Part shown: piece after piece, positions 48,576 to 60,760 of the stretch
Position numbering within the stretch: position 1 is the stretch's first letter
How the letters are laid out: each line of letters starts with the position of its first letter
Assembly (NCBI GenBank): GCA_977018835.1
Contig: OZ361256.1
Coordinates: 4,154,001-4,218,000 of the forward strand
Length of the DNA stretch: 64,000 nucleotides
Reading direction: 5' to 3'
From: Minutocellus sp. GHC0000111
Lineage: Eukaryota
The notes under the pieces: generated by a model
Databases searched by the model: none
Told to the model about the DNA's origin: nothing
Seen by the model: only the letters and a program-made list of their open reading frames with translations
Position numbers and translations under genes: made by a program

Positions 48576-50018
48576 CTATTCTTCGATCGATCGTCGATCT
48601 CCAATGTTGGTTGTCAGCAACTCTCGTAGTTGAGGTCGCGGGTTGTCTTCAAATATCTCAAATCGCTTCTCCTCCACCGTACTGTCGACATACGACAGCA
48701 CCATGTAAAACGTTCGTGAGATGCAAGTAAATCTGCCAAGAATCTCATTCCAGTAAGGCTTGGAGCAGTTTGGCCGTAGGTCCCAGCTGCAGAGATTGAC
48801 GATTCTCGTCGTCGATGAGGGAGTGATTGACACTACTGCCGGTCGCTCATGTCTCAGAACTTCAATGGTATCATCAAGGAGAGCCTTCCAAACAAGATCC
48901 TCGGAACGCTTCAGAAGACGCTCATATATCTGACGTTCATCAAAACATAAACTCGAGTCACCTCTGCTTCGCACAGTGTGTCTGATGATCATCGGCGCGG
49001 GAAAGTGATCAAGCACGGCATCGCAAAAAGTGCAGCTTGTTCTGGCGTTATCGCCTTCATCATCGTTGCCTCTACGATCTTGGCTCCATAGGCAATAAAT
49101 TCCGGAATATACCAACCCATTAATGATCAAGTTCTGGCTCAACGCCCGACTTCGGAAGGCACCGCATAATGCCCAAAGGAGTCCATTATGGAATTCTCGA
49201 TGATCCTCCGGCAGCACGCATCGAAAGGGCTCGTACATGCTCAAAACAGGAAGGCGTCGGGTACCTCCAAGATAAACTCTTCTAAGATTTGGAAACTGAG
49301 ACAGAAATAATGGGATTTTGTGCGATGCCTCAACGTTGTACTTCTGAGAACTAATGGACGATGAATTGGCCAATGAAATGAGACAGCAAACATCGATGCT
49401 TTCCACCTTGGAAGGGGAAAGCAATTTGATGGCCGTTTGCACATCAAGGTCTTTGGAGCGCCATATGATCAAGTGCCGCAGTTTTGGCAGGACATCCCGA
49501 ACGACTAGCTTGCTTGATGTACCCATTTGCATTACAGTATGGATAGGAGTGGCGGCAATTTCGAGGATGGTGGCAACAAGGTCCGATGGAAGGGGGCTCG
49601 GTGTAGCCACTATTGTCGCTGATTCGTCTTTGGTCTTTTCGCTGGAATTGTCCTGCTTTTGTTTTGGAGGGTCGTCGAGACGATGAGAAGAAGCACTTGT
49701 AGATCTGCTCGATTTGCTCTCATCGTCATCGGAACTCACACCTATCCTCTTGAGGCATTCCCTGAAAGCTTTGTCGAGTTCATCACTTTCGTCGACATAG
49801 GGGGGAGGGGAAGCCGAATCGTGATATTCTCGATATTCTCGGCCTAACGGTTGCCAGTCACCCGCGGTCGCCTGATCTGATTGTGCGACAGATTGGGTGT
49901 CCACGTCGCGGCTGGTGGCTTGATCCGATTGTGCATCTGCGCCGTTGTCTTGGGACTGGGATCTCAACGTGGCATCCTCTATTTTAATATTCCTCTTTTC
50001 CACTGCTTTGCGATTCAT
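48576..50018 (-). CDS. Hypothetical protein (F-box-like/LRR-like diatom family)
   Basis: 480-aa ORF; LPSDLVATILE; FLSQFPNLRRVYLGG. Confidence 0.7.
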   Translation of the reverse strand: MNRKAVEKRNIKIEDATLRSQSQDNGADAQSDQATSRDVDTQSVAQSDQATAGDWQPLGREYREYHDSASPPPYVDESDELDKAFRECLKRIGVSSDDDESKSSRSTSASSHRLDDPPKQKQDNSSEKTKDESATIVATPSPLPSDLVATILEIAATPIHTVMQMGTSSKLVVRDVLPKLRHLIIWRSKDLDVQTAIKLLSPSKVESIDVCCLISLANSSSISSQKYNVEASHKIPLFLSQFPNLRRVYLGGTRRLPVLSMYEPFRCVLPEDHREFHNGLLWALCGAFRSRALSQNLIINGLVYSGIYCLWSQDRRGNDDEGDNARTSCTFCDAVLDHFPAPMIIRHTVRSRGDSSLCFDERQIYERLLKRSEDLVWKALLDDTIEVLRHERPAVVSITPSSTTRIVNLCSWDLRPNCSKPYWNEILGRFTCISRTFYMVLSYVDSTVEEKRFEIFEDNPRPQLRELLTTNIGDRRSIEE

Positions 50019-50216
50019 GGTGAGGACCGACTCACCGTATCTTCTACTCAGCGCATCATGTGTTCCTTCTGGGCCCTTCTTTCTCTCAACGCGGCAGTCT
50101 GCTCACGGCAGTTTTGCGTTCTCAACCTCGCCGATCGTCAACCTCGCCATAGCATACAGCGAATGCAAGGTGCGTGGACAGAACTTGAGTCGAAGAGCGA
50201 AGCACGCCAAGCCAAG

Positions 50217-50998
50217 ATGGTTGTCGAGCGCACCAGCCTGCACTACCCCAACCTGCAAAGCTGCGGGGTGATATTATCCGGAACGCCCTCAACGGCGGGT
50301 GCTGCCGGTGGCGGTGGCTCCGTCAGCGGCGGCGATGGGTCGAGCAGTTCCAGCGGTCCCGTTACCATGCCCCGAGAAGCGTTGGACGCACTCGTTCCGT
50401 TACCGCCTCCGTATTCCTTTGAAGTAGGTAAGTGAGCCGATACGTTGGCTAGATTTTTACTCTGTTCAGTTTCGGTGGGTTTTGGCGGGGCGTTGATTTT
50501 TGCCGCGGGTACCATGGTGGCAGGTGGGCATAAAGCAGACAATCAATTCCGTCCTTGCGCTGCGGGACTTGAAGAGCCCGGCATCATCTGAGCTGCTGAA
50601 AGGATGTGTCTATGATATATTATCATCCAAGCCTGTCGGTATGAACAATTGCATGTGCCTGTTTCTCACTGTACCATATTTCCTTGCTTCATATATTGTT
50701 TGCAGAGAGAGAAGTACTGTCCAGCAAGGAAGAGGAGGAATCCAAGATGTCGGCACTCCTCGGTCCGAACCCTCCCAGTGGCCTTGGTCAGTCGGCCCCG
50801 CCACCTCCATCGTATTCCTCTACTTCGGGGACATCCTCAATGGGGGCATATGGAAGTCTGACCAAGGTGGAAAGAGATGCATTCGATAAAATGAAGGCGG
50901 TGACAAATGCCAGCAATGCGGTTTGTACCAAACTACTGAAGAGATGCCGGTGGAAGGTCGATGAGGCGGTGAATGCCTATTATCGGGGGGATAGATAG
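50217..50998 (+). CDS. Two-exon small protein with C-terminal UBA-like (UBA_4/TAP-C) domain
   Basis: Exon 50217-50427, GTAAGT..TGCAG intron 50428-50705, exon 50706-50998 joining in frame (YSFEVEREVL); VCTKLLKRCRWKVDEAVNAYY. Confidence 0.72.
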
Positions 50999-51112
50999 TT
51001 CAAGAGTTGTTACATGTAAGCCTGCATGTGTGGTTTCTCAAATAATGTAACGGACGAATGCATGTAGGATTTATTTTTACATTTTTCTCTTTCTATTTTT
51101 CTTATTGAAATA

Positions 51113-53886
51113 TCATAAGCCCATGCACCAAGGATTGCGGAAACCCAAGCCATCGTAGCAGTCATCGCCACAACTAGGACAGCCTGTTCTATAATGCTGA
51201 TAATGATAGTCTTCCTCGCCGTATAAGCTAGCGCTCTCCTCTGACCGGCTTGAATTTTCTGAACCTTCTTCCCTGCTCAAGGTTACACGTGCATCATCAA
51301 AATTGTGATCGAGCAAGTACTCTGTTCCGTGGTTCCACCTAGTGCATCCTTCTAAAGAGCACCTGCTGCAAAGAGCTCGAATGCCACCTCTATTGACATT
51401 GTAGCATTTCGAACAGTGCTTCCATTTAGAGATATTGCAATCCTTACAGATAATTTTTCGACATTCCCAGCACTGCATCGAACATGAAGTTGGTCCGTCA
51501 CCATCGCGAAGTTCACAACAAACATTCCTTAAGCAGATGCTGCATTCGCCATAACTTATGTCAGTGACTGCTCCGTCATTAAGAGTAGTTGTCTCTCACC
51601 AGTAAGTCCGGGTGCATTCATCACACTCATATTTGTCGCAAAGCTCGCAAAAATGTTCTGGTGAGTGGCACGCCATGCATAGACCGGTCTCTCCCTCGTC
51701 CTCTTCGTGAGTAGTACTTTCCTCAAAATCGAGCCGTCGGCAAAAGAAGACTGCAGCGCCCGACCTGCATCTTGCACACTTATCAATTTTTTGAACAATC
51801 GCTGCTAATGGGCGACTCAAAGATATTGCAGCCTCCGCATTATGTTGGCGGACAGCATAAAAATAATCGTCGATTTCAATTCTCCCGATCGAGATAATGT
51901 GCTTGAGGCTGGAAGCTCGGTTGTTTCTTATATAGCCCTTCACGATCTGGCGAGTCAAGTAATGCGATGAGCGCCAGTAAGATATTTCTCCCCCTTTCCA
52001 CATATTCATTACTTTGTTCTTGAATAATGATTGAACAATTGCATCTGATGTAGAAGCCTTGCGGACAAGAAAACTGTCCTGAAGAACTACAGCCCAAGCT
52101 GGTATCAATTGGTCCTTGGTATGTCGACTCTTCATAGTATTCAACAAGCAAGCAAATTGATAAGGATCCATAATTTTGTTGAGATACTTGCAGGTGCCCA
52201 TAAGAGGCAAACGTTCATGCACCGTAAGGAACTTCAAAAGGTGGGGATTGATAATATCCGGAGGCAAGGCGGCAACGGTCCCAGAACGGGGAGCAGGGAA
52301 AAAGTAGCTTGTGATGATCTTTGTGCGCTTGCTTTCTTTCCTTTCAATGCGGCTGTAAACTGGCATGGTAGCAAACGGCTCACCATAAAGATAATTTACA
52401 TACCGATGCTTTGATGTCTCATATACACCGAGCGCCTCACGGCGAGTCAGAATGAAGAACTTGCTATCATTTTCGTCGTCATCAACTGCGATTGGACTCG
52501 TCCAAGGCATGGCATAGAAAGCAAACTTGGTGCCACTGAAGTAGAGCAGCTCCGGATCACAGTCATTGTCTATCAGGAGGAAAGACTTTACCGCGTCTGC
52601 CCTGGCAAATCCAAGGATACAAGTTTGTTCACCTGGATCCCCATCGAGCATCATGTACCTTGACCCCTCGCAGCCTCCTACATCACTGACACCGTACTTC
52701 TGAGAAGAAAAACCTTTTGACTTCCATTCACGTCCGCTAAAGTCGAGCCGATGATATTCGATAGGCTTGGGGTACTTGATATTCTTCATACCGTCGCTCC
52801 TTATGATTTCGTCACCAAAGTAGCCATGATATATCAGGTTACGAGGCTCAGTGACTGGGGAGATGTCGCCATGGCAAATGAACCAAGCATTTCTCACAAA
52901 TTCGCCAGTGATTGAATTAAGTTCGGGACCTACCTCGGGAGCTACTCTCTTTTCCAGCTTGTAAACACACCACTTCCCATTATAGGCGCGATAAGTGCAT
53001 GTCTGTAGAAGTTTGGGCGATCCATTCAATTTGTTCTGCTCCGTGCTGTCTGAAACAATGTAGTTCGGGCCAATATCAACATATGAAGCAGCAGGGTTGG
53101 CAGAAGAAGAAGTCAGGCCCCGAGTGAGAGTGTTCTCAAGCATGTCCGACGGACCAAAGCGTATTGCACCAGATGTTACAGCGAAGGTGAAGGAAGGTTC
53201 GATATCAGAGCACGACAATCTATTGCTGGGATGGTGCGGAGGATTTTTGTGTGCCTTTCTCCAATTGACTTCTTTTTCTTTCTCCAGATTGTTCTTAGCC
53301 CTTGTTGTTGCAAAATTGCATGATCTATTGCTCTCTTCCGAATTCCTTGCACATGCTCGACTGGTCTTGCTTGATTTGCCAGAGCTTGTTGCTGCAGTCG
53401 CCTGGCACGCTGCTCCATCTCTCGAACTCTCTCTGCTTTGCGTCGCTGCTCCTCGTCATATCTCCTGCTCATTTCTTCCAGCATACGTTGCCTCTGCTCA
53501 GATCGTTGCCATTGCCTTTCATATTCCCGGCGCTGCCTTTCATATTCCTGGCGCTGTCTTTCTGCTAAAGCCCGTTCTTTCTTGGTGCCACCAAGTAGCT
53601 TATTTGACGCCTTCTGTGCATTGCTTTTCTGCTTTGACTGCATGGTATGATACTTCTGGTGGCAGTCCTTGCAACGGCGATCAGGTCTGTTCTCCGCCCC
53701 TTTCCACTGCTTCTTGAAGAAGTTGTCTTTCGGAAAACAAAGGTTGCATCCAACGCATTTCTTCACAGGGCCTTGACCATTCCCTAGAGCCGCGGCACTG
53801 GCGCCTTGGCCACTGCTCACGCTGTAACTGACATGTATGTGGCCTTTGCCTTGCAGGTCACCGAAGAGGTTGTTCAGGTCCGCCAT
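51113..53886 (-). pseudogene. Multidomain protein: Stc1-like Zn finger, coiled coil, F-box-like segment, Cys-rich C-terminus; disrupted
   Basis: CVGC..FKKQWK..CKDC; LPPDIINPHLLKFL; probable frameshift in an A run near 53270; in-frame TGA at 51596-51598 (same frame as 51113-51478). Confidence 0.6.
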
Positions 53887-54136
53887 GGTTGAAGAATGAG
53901 GCATCCGCGCGCAAGCAAGCTCCAGCACTCGCGCGCGCGCCGGCCGGCCACGACGCACGAGGCCGGCCGGCTCGCACCCACCTGAACTCTCATCCGAGCG
54001 GGAGGCTGGAGAGCCCATGGCCGGATAGCGTCATACTACTAGTAGACGAAGCCTCCCAGATCGCGACGTTACTGTTGAGTCCTTGTCTTCTACATGTAGT
54101 TTATCCGCGCCTGTGTATCTTTCGTTTTCTGGCGCC

Positions 54137-55771
54137 ATGAGGCAACCGGCACAACTTGTGCCGCAATCGGCCTTTGCCCTTTCTCGCCTGCAGACACCAG
54201 GTGTCGCGCCGGCAACGGCGAGAAAACGGCGGAGGATACAGCCGATACCAACGCTCCGTGGCGATGCATCTCTTCATATGTCAACCCTACCATTGCCGGC
54301 GGCACCAGTCCCAATCACCACAACGACTACTCGCATTGCCAGCGCCAACGGCTTCAACCCGTCCTTCCTCATTGGGTTCATCGTCGGCGGAATTATTTGC
54401 TCATCAGCCCTCTCCATAATTCTGGCATTTGGCGCACTGGGACGTGAAAACGTCTCCCGAGCATGGGACATGACCCGCTCGGTCCTCTTTCGCGTGTGGA
54501 TGAAGTTCACAGCCGGTCTGGCCGAGGCTCGTATCGCCCTGATCAAGGGTGAGGGACGACGGTGGCGCTTCCGCCGAGCCTGGAAAGTGTTGCGCCAGCA
54601 GCTAGCATTGACTCGCAAGAGTGCCGTGGATGGCATCGAGGCGATCAAACGGGAAGCTAGCCTGTACTCTGGTGTTGTGGGCAAGCTTGGCTTCCCTTTG
54701 GCGCAATACGTCGTCGATAACCTATCGCCCAAGCTGGGGGCCTTTCTTGCAAAACAAAATCTGATCAATGCACTGGGGAACATCAAAAACAAAAACATCC
54801 GTCGAATCACGCTGGAGGAATTTGACTTTGGCACCAAAGGTCCCACCTTGATATCGGCACGCACCTATGATTTGAGGGATCAAAATGCCATGGCCTTTGA
54901 TATTGATTTGGTATGGGCATCGGAGCTCGAGGCAACCATCAAAGTAACGCCCAAGCTGATGGGGATCAATCGGCGCAGTTCCATCGTTGCCGTGCCAGTG
55001 ACGCTAAAGAATTGTCGATTCGAGGGCGTCGTTAGGGTGGTCCTTACGCCCTTGATCGATGAGCCACCTGGATACGGAGCTGCACTTGTTTCGTTTCCAA
55101 AGGCTCCTACCATTGGACTTGATTGCACAGTATCTTCTGTGGAGATTACCAAAACATTTCCCTGGCTGAAATCTGAGATATTGCGCGAGATTCAAAAGGC
55201 AGTGGCGAACGAGTTCTTGTGGCCAAAGCGTATAACGCTGCCTATGGCGGTTGTGCCCCAACCGCCGAGAACGATTCTGGATCGACAAACGCTAGATGAG
55301 CTTCGTATCACCGATCCTCTTCTCGAGGCGGAGGAACGGATCGATGCCAACATCTTGACTCAAGAATACGAAATCACGAGAGACGTTGCCAATGAAACTG
55401 AACTTATTGACAACCTGGATATCTTTGTCGGCGATGAAGAAGAAAGGCTTCGCATACTGAACGAAACATCAGCGAATGCAACTTCGACGAAGAAAGGGAG
55501 ACGTCCTGGATTCCCCTTTGGCAATACGAATGGGATCAAGTTCGACTTGCCTTGGGCGGATAGGAATGCGACACATGCTAATGAAACAAATAATTTCAGG
55601 TTTCCTTGGCAAAACAGAGACGTCGCCCATTGGAATCGAACGAAGAATATGGGCAAAATCCAATATCCATGGATGGCGAATAGTAACAATCGAACTCGAT
55701 CTGCTGATCGACAAAAAAATACTTTTCCGTGGCAGAAGAGAAAGGAAACAGATACGCGCTTGGATAAATAG
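54137..55771 (+). CDS. SMP (synaptotagmin-like lipid-binding) domain membrane protein
   Basis: ITLEEFDFGTKGP, RFEGVVRVVLTPLIDEPPGYGAALVSF, EFLWPKRI; N-terminal TM segment. Confidence 0.82.
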   Translation: MRQPAQLVPQSAFALSRLQTPGVAPATARKRRRIQPIPTLRGDASLHMSTLPLPAAPVPITTTTTRIASANGFNPSFLIGFIVGGIICSSALSIILAFGALGRENVSRAWDMTRSVLFRVWMKFTAGLAEARIALIKGEGRRWRFRRAWKVLRQQLALTRKSAVDGIEAIKREASLYSGVVGKLGFPLAQYVVDNLSPKLGAFLAKQNLINALGNIKNKNIRRITLEEFDFGTKGPTLISARTYDLRDQNAMAFDIDLVWASELEATIKVTPKLMGINRRSSIVAVPVTLKNCRFEGVVRVVLTPLIDEPPGYGAALVSFPKAPTIGLDCTVSSVEITKTFPWLKSEILREIQKAVANEFLWPKRITLPMAVVPQPPRTILDRQTLDELRITDPLLEAEERIDANILTQEYEITRDVANETELIDNLDIFVGDEEERLRILNETSANATSTKKGRRPGFPFGNTNGIKFDLPWADRNATHANETNNFRFPWQNRDVAHWNRTKNMGKIQYPWMANSNNRTRSADRQKNTFPWQKRKETDTRLDK

Positions 55772-55835
55772 CTACGGCATAGTTATAGCAAAATAGAGAT
55801 CGTTGCTATTGAATATAACTCTTCAGATGATATTG

Positions 55836-56345
55836 TTATTGCATTGGCTCTTTATTTGTCACTTCGTTCCTGAAAATATCCTGCACATCTGCAGCATCTT
55901 TGGTTGCCTTTTCAACTGCCAAGCGAACATCATTTGAAGAAAAGCTGGTCGCTGTTTGTGCAACTAAGTCATCATCAACGTTAGATGTGCTGGAAAAATC
56001 GTCATGGGCGGTCCACTGCCGATATTGTTCAAGGAGAACAGCATCAACGTAAGCACGCCTTCTCTTTCTACGCCCATGTTGTCCTGACGATGCCATGTGC
56101 TCAATCCCGCGATAAGATAGACTTATGCCATCTTCGGGCACACCCCTCCGCATATCTTTAATGTCCTCCACCAAGTCTTCTCTCACCGATTTGAAGCATT
56201 GTCGTGTGTAGTATTTGAGAAACTTTTGTGGCTAGCTGCCATCCTTGCAGCTTGGAATCAACCTCGTTTCAACAACGGCATTGAACGACACTGATCGTTC
56301 GTTTGATTTCTTCTCTGTTGCTTCTGGTATCATTTCACTGTCCAT
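55836..56345 (-). pseudogene. 'VxF...RGIE' family member with in-frame TAG
   Basis: ATG 56345, RSVSFNAVVETRLIPSCK, TAG at 56232-56234, then YRGIEH..RRRAYVDAVLLEQYRQW; paralog of 57129-57764. Confidence 0.7.
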
Positions 56346-57128
56346 CAAGGTTATGGTGTATTGTTCTCGGTCTTCTTTGTATTCTTCGGCTGTTTTATGA
56401 TTGGATTCCTACTTTGGAATGGCTTTACACACTATGCCGGTGTGTGTGCCGCATGCCGGCGTGGCGGGCATGCTGTTGCTGAGCCATTACTGAGTTTTCA
56501 TTTTGAATTTTCTTTTGGTCTCGTTCTCTATTCATTTTAGAATTTCAAAACGCGGCCTACCGTTACCGATAAAAGGAAAGTGCGTGTACAAAAGAAAATA
56601 TTGTCAAGCGGAAAGGAAATTAAATATCCTGAGTGTTGTGTTCTCGGCCACACACAACAACCCAAGCCACACAATCTCATGCCGGTTCTACAAATGTGCG
56701 GCAAAATACTTAGTTGGATTCCTCCTAGTAATCTTTTTCTGAACTTCTGACGGGAGCATCAATTATGACCGATCTTTCCACAGAGTCTCGTTCTCTGGGC
56801 CATAAATTCGGCATACTACTTGCCCGTAGTACGTGCTTTTGCTCAACAACCACGCGGGCTCAAACCGGCGGCGATACCGATTTCGCAAAAATGACCGAAG
56901 TCGGAAAGCGCACAAGTTTCTCCGATACTCAAAAGACATGACGACTTGAACTTACAATTTGCTCGGACGCCTTGATTGCATGACGCCTTGTTCCTTGAGG
57001 AACCCGCACGCACGGCAAGGCAATATTATTACTGCTTCCCCTCAAAATCAAATCAGTCGTATGAATGATACCGGCCTTCACCATTGTGCATTCGTTCCAT
57101 ATGCTCAACATCATTGAAAGCACCCAAC

Positions 57129-57764
57129 ATGCAGAATTCCACCAGCAGCAACACCAACATGCCGGCATCACCATCACCAAACAACCGTAAAGTCACATTC
57201 AACAGTTACATCGCCGTCCGGCTGATGCCCAGCTGCAAGGAAACGGAAATGACCGAGGAAGACAGGGAGGATATCTGTGCTACCTACTACTCCAGGGATG
57301 AAGTCAAGTCCCTGCAAGACGGAGTGCTCGATGATCTCAGCCACATGCGAGACGGCGAGCCCGAAAGTGACTCCAGGACTTATCGAGGAATCGAGCATCT
57401 TGTCACTCCCGAAATCAATCAGGCCCGCAAGTTTCGTCGACGGGCATACGTCGATGCGGTCCTCATCGAGCAATATCGCCAGTGGAACAAGAATGACTCA
57501 AAATCTGCATTAAAGACAGACATAAACGCGATATCCATGGCCGCATCGTGTCTATCTCTGAATGATGGTCTTGTTGCCACTACCAAGGCGAAGAAAGACG
57601 AAGAGGTTGCAAGAACGATATTATCGGACACTCGTATAATTGACACCAATTGTTTACAAAAGATGAACAATGATTGCCCTGCATCTGTGAAGCGCACAGT
57701 CTCCAAAACTAAGCTCGATTTTATCTTGGGCGCAACTCGACAAAAGCGAATGGCCATAGGATAA
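57129..57764 (+). CDS. Diatom 'VxF...RGIE' family hypothetical protein
   Basis: RKVTFNSYIAVRLMPSCK, YRGIEH, RRRAYVDAVLIEQYRQW. Confidence 0.8.
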   Translation: MQNSTSSNTNMPASPSPNNRKVTFNSYIAVRLMPSCKETEMTEEDREDICATYYSRDEVKSLQDGVLDDLSHMRDGEPESDSRTYRGIEHLVTPEINQARKFRRRAYVDAVLIEQYRQWNKNDSKSALKTDINAISMAASCLSLNDGLVATTKAKKDEEVARTILSDTRIIDTNCLQKMNNDCPASVKRTVSKTKLDFILGATRQKRMAIG

Positions 57765-58016
57765 AGGCATGACTCACACAAGCATTTACCCATCCTTACA
57801 TGTATGCTGAATCGCATCGATTAAAAAGTAAACATTTTGCATATTTTACTAGTTGTGTTATGGTAAGCCGACGTGTCGCCTCCAAATAGAGGCCACAAAA
57901 GGCTTGTTGGGACCCGAGGGGACTGCAAAATACGATCATCATCTTCAAACAAAACTTCATTACACGATATCCAATAATTACAGTTTTCGCACTAAATTCA
58001 CGGCCCATTTGCGCAA

Positions 58017-60072
58017 TTACAGACCATCATCAACTGCCGCTGGCTTTTGGGCGATGCTGTCATAATCGTCGTCATCTTCATCCTTGACCAACCCCATGCC
58101 CTGTACCGCCTGTGCCGCCGCCACGGCCGAGGTCGCCGATTCCACGGCCGCCGGCATCGTCGAGAAGCGCAGTCCCGACAACCACGTCGATCGACGGCGT
58201 CTCTTGGCGCTGGGTTCCGATGCACCGTCACCGTCGGCATACGACCCCTCGCTGCGGTTGGTATCGGCCAGCGGATCTTCCTTGCCCGTCGCTTGCTGGA
58301 ACAGATTCATGGTAGCAACAAGAGAACGGCGAGCGGCCGAGGTGGACTGGCGGAGCAGACCAGGAGACGATGCATCGGCAGGATGTCCTCCAGCTGAAGA
58401 TGCAGCAGCCGCCTGGGCCATGGTGGTGGTGCCCGGCGCCTCGACCGGATTGCCGGCGCCGTCAACATTGCCCGCCGAGAACGACCCAAACAAATTGCCA
58501 AACAGGGCAGGCGAAAAAGAAATGCGCTTGGGTTGGGCGTGGACGTCCTCGGGTTCCATCTCTTCCAATTCGGTCTCGGCCGCGACCAATGCCGCCGCCT
58601 CGGCAATCGACGTAGGTCGAGTTTTCTGCTGCTGCGGTTGCTGCTGTGCAATCTGCTGCTGCTGCCGCACAATCGACAAAGACGCCCGGCTCTTGCCCGG
58701 CGACGTCATGGCCATGCTGCTCGCCTTGCGCTTCCGCTGCTGGCCCTTCTCGGCCAGGATCGACCGTTTGTCGGCCAGAGTGGCTGTGGCCGCACTAGTA
58801 GCTGCCGTACCCACCGCCGTGGCACCTTGCCCACCGCCACCATCACCAATGTCCCCATCACCATCTCCCTCCACGTCGACCCCATCGGCCTTCAACTCGA
58901 CCAGCAGCTTCCGATGGCTCTCGGAATCGTACTTGATGCTGGTGCACGACCTCTGCTCGAAGGTCAGGGCCCCGCCCCCGACGGACCGGGACTTGCGTCG
59001 AAAGAGGTTGAAGATGGACGACCGACGCCGTTGGGAGGCGGCGGCAGGCCCACCATTGCCACCACCACCACCTTGCGAAGGAGACGTTGCAGCAGCACCA
59101 GACGCAGCCGCCGCGGCGGGACCGGTGTGGTCTTCGCCCTCGGGGGTAATCTCTTCGATGACGTCCAATACCTCCTGGGGCAGGCCCGTGGGCCTGGCAC
59201 CACCTGTGCCATTCTTGTCGTCTGTATCGTCATCTCCAAAGACCAACATGGACAGAAGGACCGAGCTGACCCGCCGCTTGGCGGGGACGATGCTGAACGA
59301 CCCGTGGGTGGGGGTGTTGGTCCCCGAGGCGAACTGCACGTGCCTCTGCGGCTGGGCCTGCTGAGGTTGGGTCCCACCACCACAACTTAGCACACTCTGC
59401 ACGATGTGGGGTGCGATCCGCTCGTTGTCCATCTTGGATCTAACGACGGAGGGGGCCACCCCAAACTGCAGCATGTTGCGGTATCGTGTGGCGACGGCCT
59501 CGTCGGCCACCGACAGCTGGGTGCTGGCAATTCCGACGGTGGGACGGTTGGGCACCAGCGGTGGGGGCAGGGCGGGGCGCGCAAACGCCGTCCCGGCGCC
59601 GGTGGCAGCGGCCGCAGGACCATTGCCAACGCTCCTAGTAGCACCACCGCCCTCCTCGTCGTCGGTGTCGTCCTCGTCCTTGCCCCGCTCCCTCAATGCC
59701 TGCTTGGCCTTCTCCACCGCCCGCTCGAAGGGCACCTCGTACCACAAGTTGTCCCCGCCTCCTCCTTTTTTACCACCACCGCCTCCCTTCTTCGCCCCAC
59801 CCCTCCTTTCCAAGAATCGTCCGGGAGGATCCTGACGACTCACCGCATGGACAATGCTCCTTGCGACAATAATCTTTTGATGCTTGGGCACCTGCCGGTA
59901 CATCGGACGGGTCTTGGACACGACCGACCGAAATACCGCGTTGCCGTGGTGGTGGTTCGAGGCACCCCCCCCGGCCCAGGAGGACGTCGTGCTTGTGCGG
60001 CTTGGCGATTCCCGCGCATTGCGGGTGGGGTTGCGGTGGTGGGACACCGGGATGGTGCTGGTGGTGGGACAT
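58017..60072 (-). CDS. DUF6824-like domain protein with long low-complexity tail (frameshift in G run near 59968)
   Basis: HDVLLGRGG (ORF 59770-60072) continues as NHHHGNAVFRSVV..QDPPGRFLE..AVEKAKQALRE (ORF 58017-60047). Confidence 0.82.
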
Positions 60073-60760
60073 GTTGAAGCGTCGTCGTTGTTGGGATTTT
60101 AGGGAAAACGAAGCTCAAGATGGGCTGGTTTTCGTTTTTCGAGATGAAAAAGATACTGATGATCGAGGCGATGGCTCTCCACGAGGGTCAAAGAACGGTG
60201 TTACCGATAGCAGGCAATGCAACGTCGGGGCAGAGGTAGGTAGAGGTATGGGAGTCCAAGTCGAACCAACAACTGTCCGGTCCGGTCCGTGCGTTGAGCA
60301 AGGTGATGATGGGAGGCGTTTTTCAGCGCAACTGACCTTACTTGCTTTCTGGCGGCTGCCAAAGAAATGGACCACAAAAAAATATATAAAAAATATAATA
60401 GAGGCGGCAAGGTACGACTCCAGACGAACTAAATAAATGCCAGCGCCCGAAGAGAAGGGGCAATCAGGTAGCTGCAAAGCTCCTCGGCGCAGATAGAGCA
60501 GAGCGATAGCGCCTCTCGGGCGGGTGCTCGGTGTTGTGGGGCGTGGCGGCTTTCTCGCTCGAATGGCGCGGCTCGAGCGGCGAAGCTCAAACCTCGCCGT
60601 TTGTCGCTTTGGCCGGCGGCGGCGGCGGCAGTTCCAAGATTGCTTCTTTTGGGCATGCATTTTTACCATTCTCGATACTGGCAACGACTGCTGCGCCTTG
60701 ACTTGCTGACATCCGGCCATCGATAGCAATAAGCCGACGAACTGACTGGTAGATATCATC

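Noticed and set aside
1399..56234. Stop-codon reassignment or readthrough to explain the in-frame TGAs
   Set aside because: Many intact genes end in TGA, a premature TAG also occurs, and frameshifts accompany the stops
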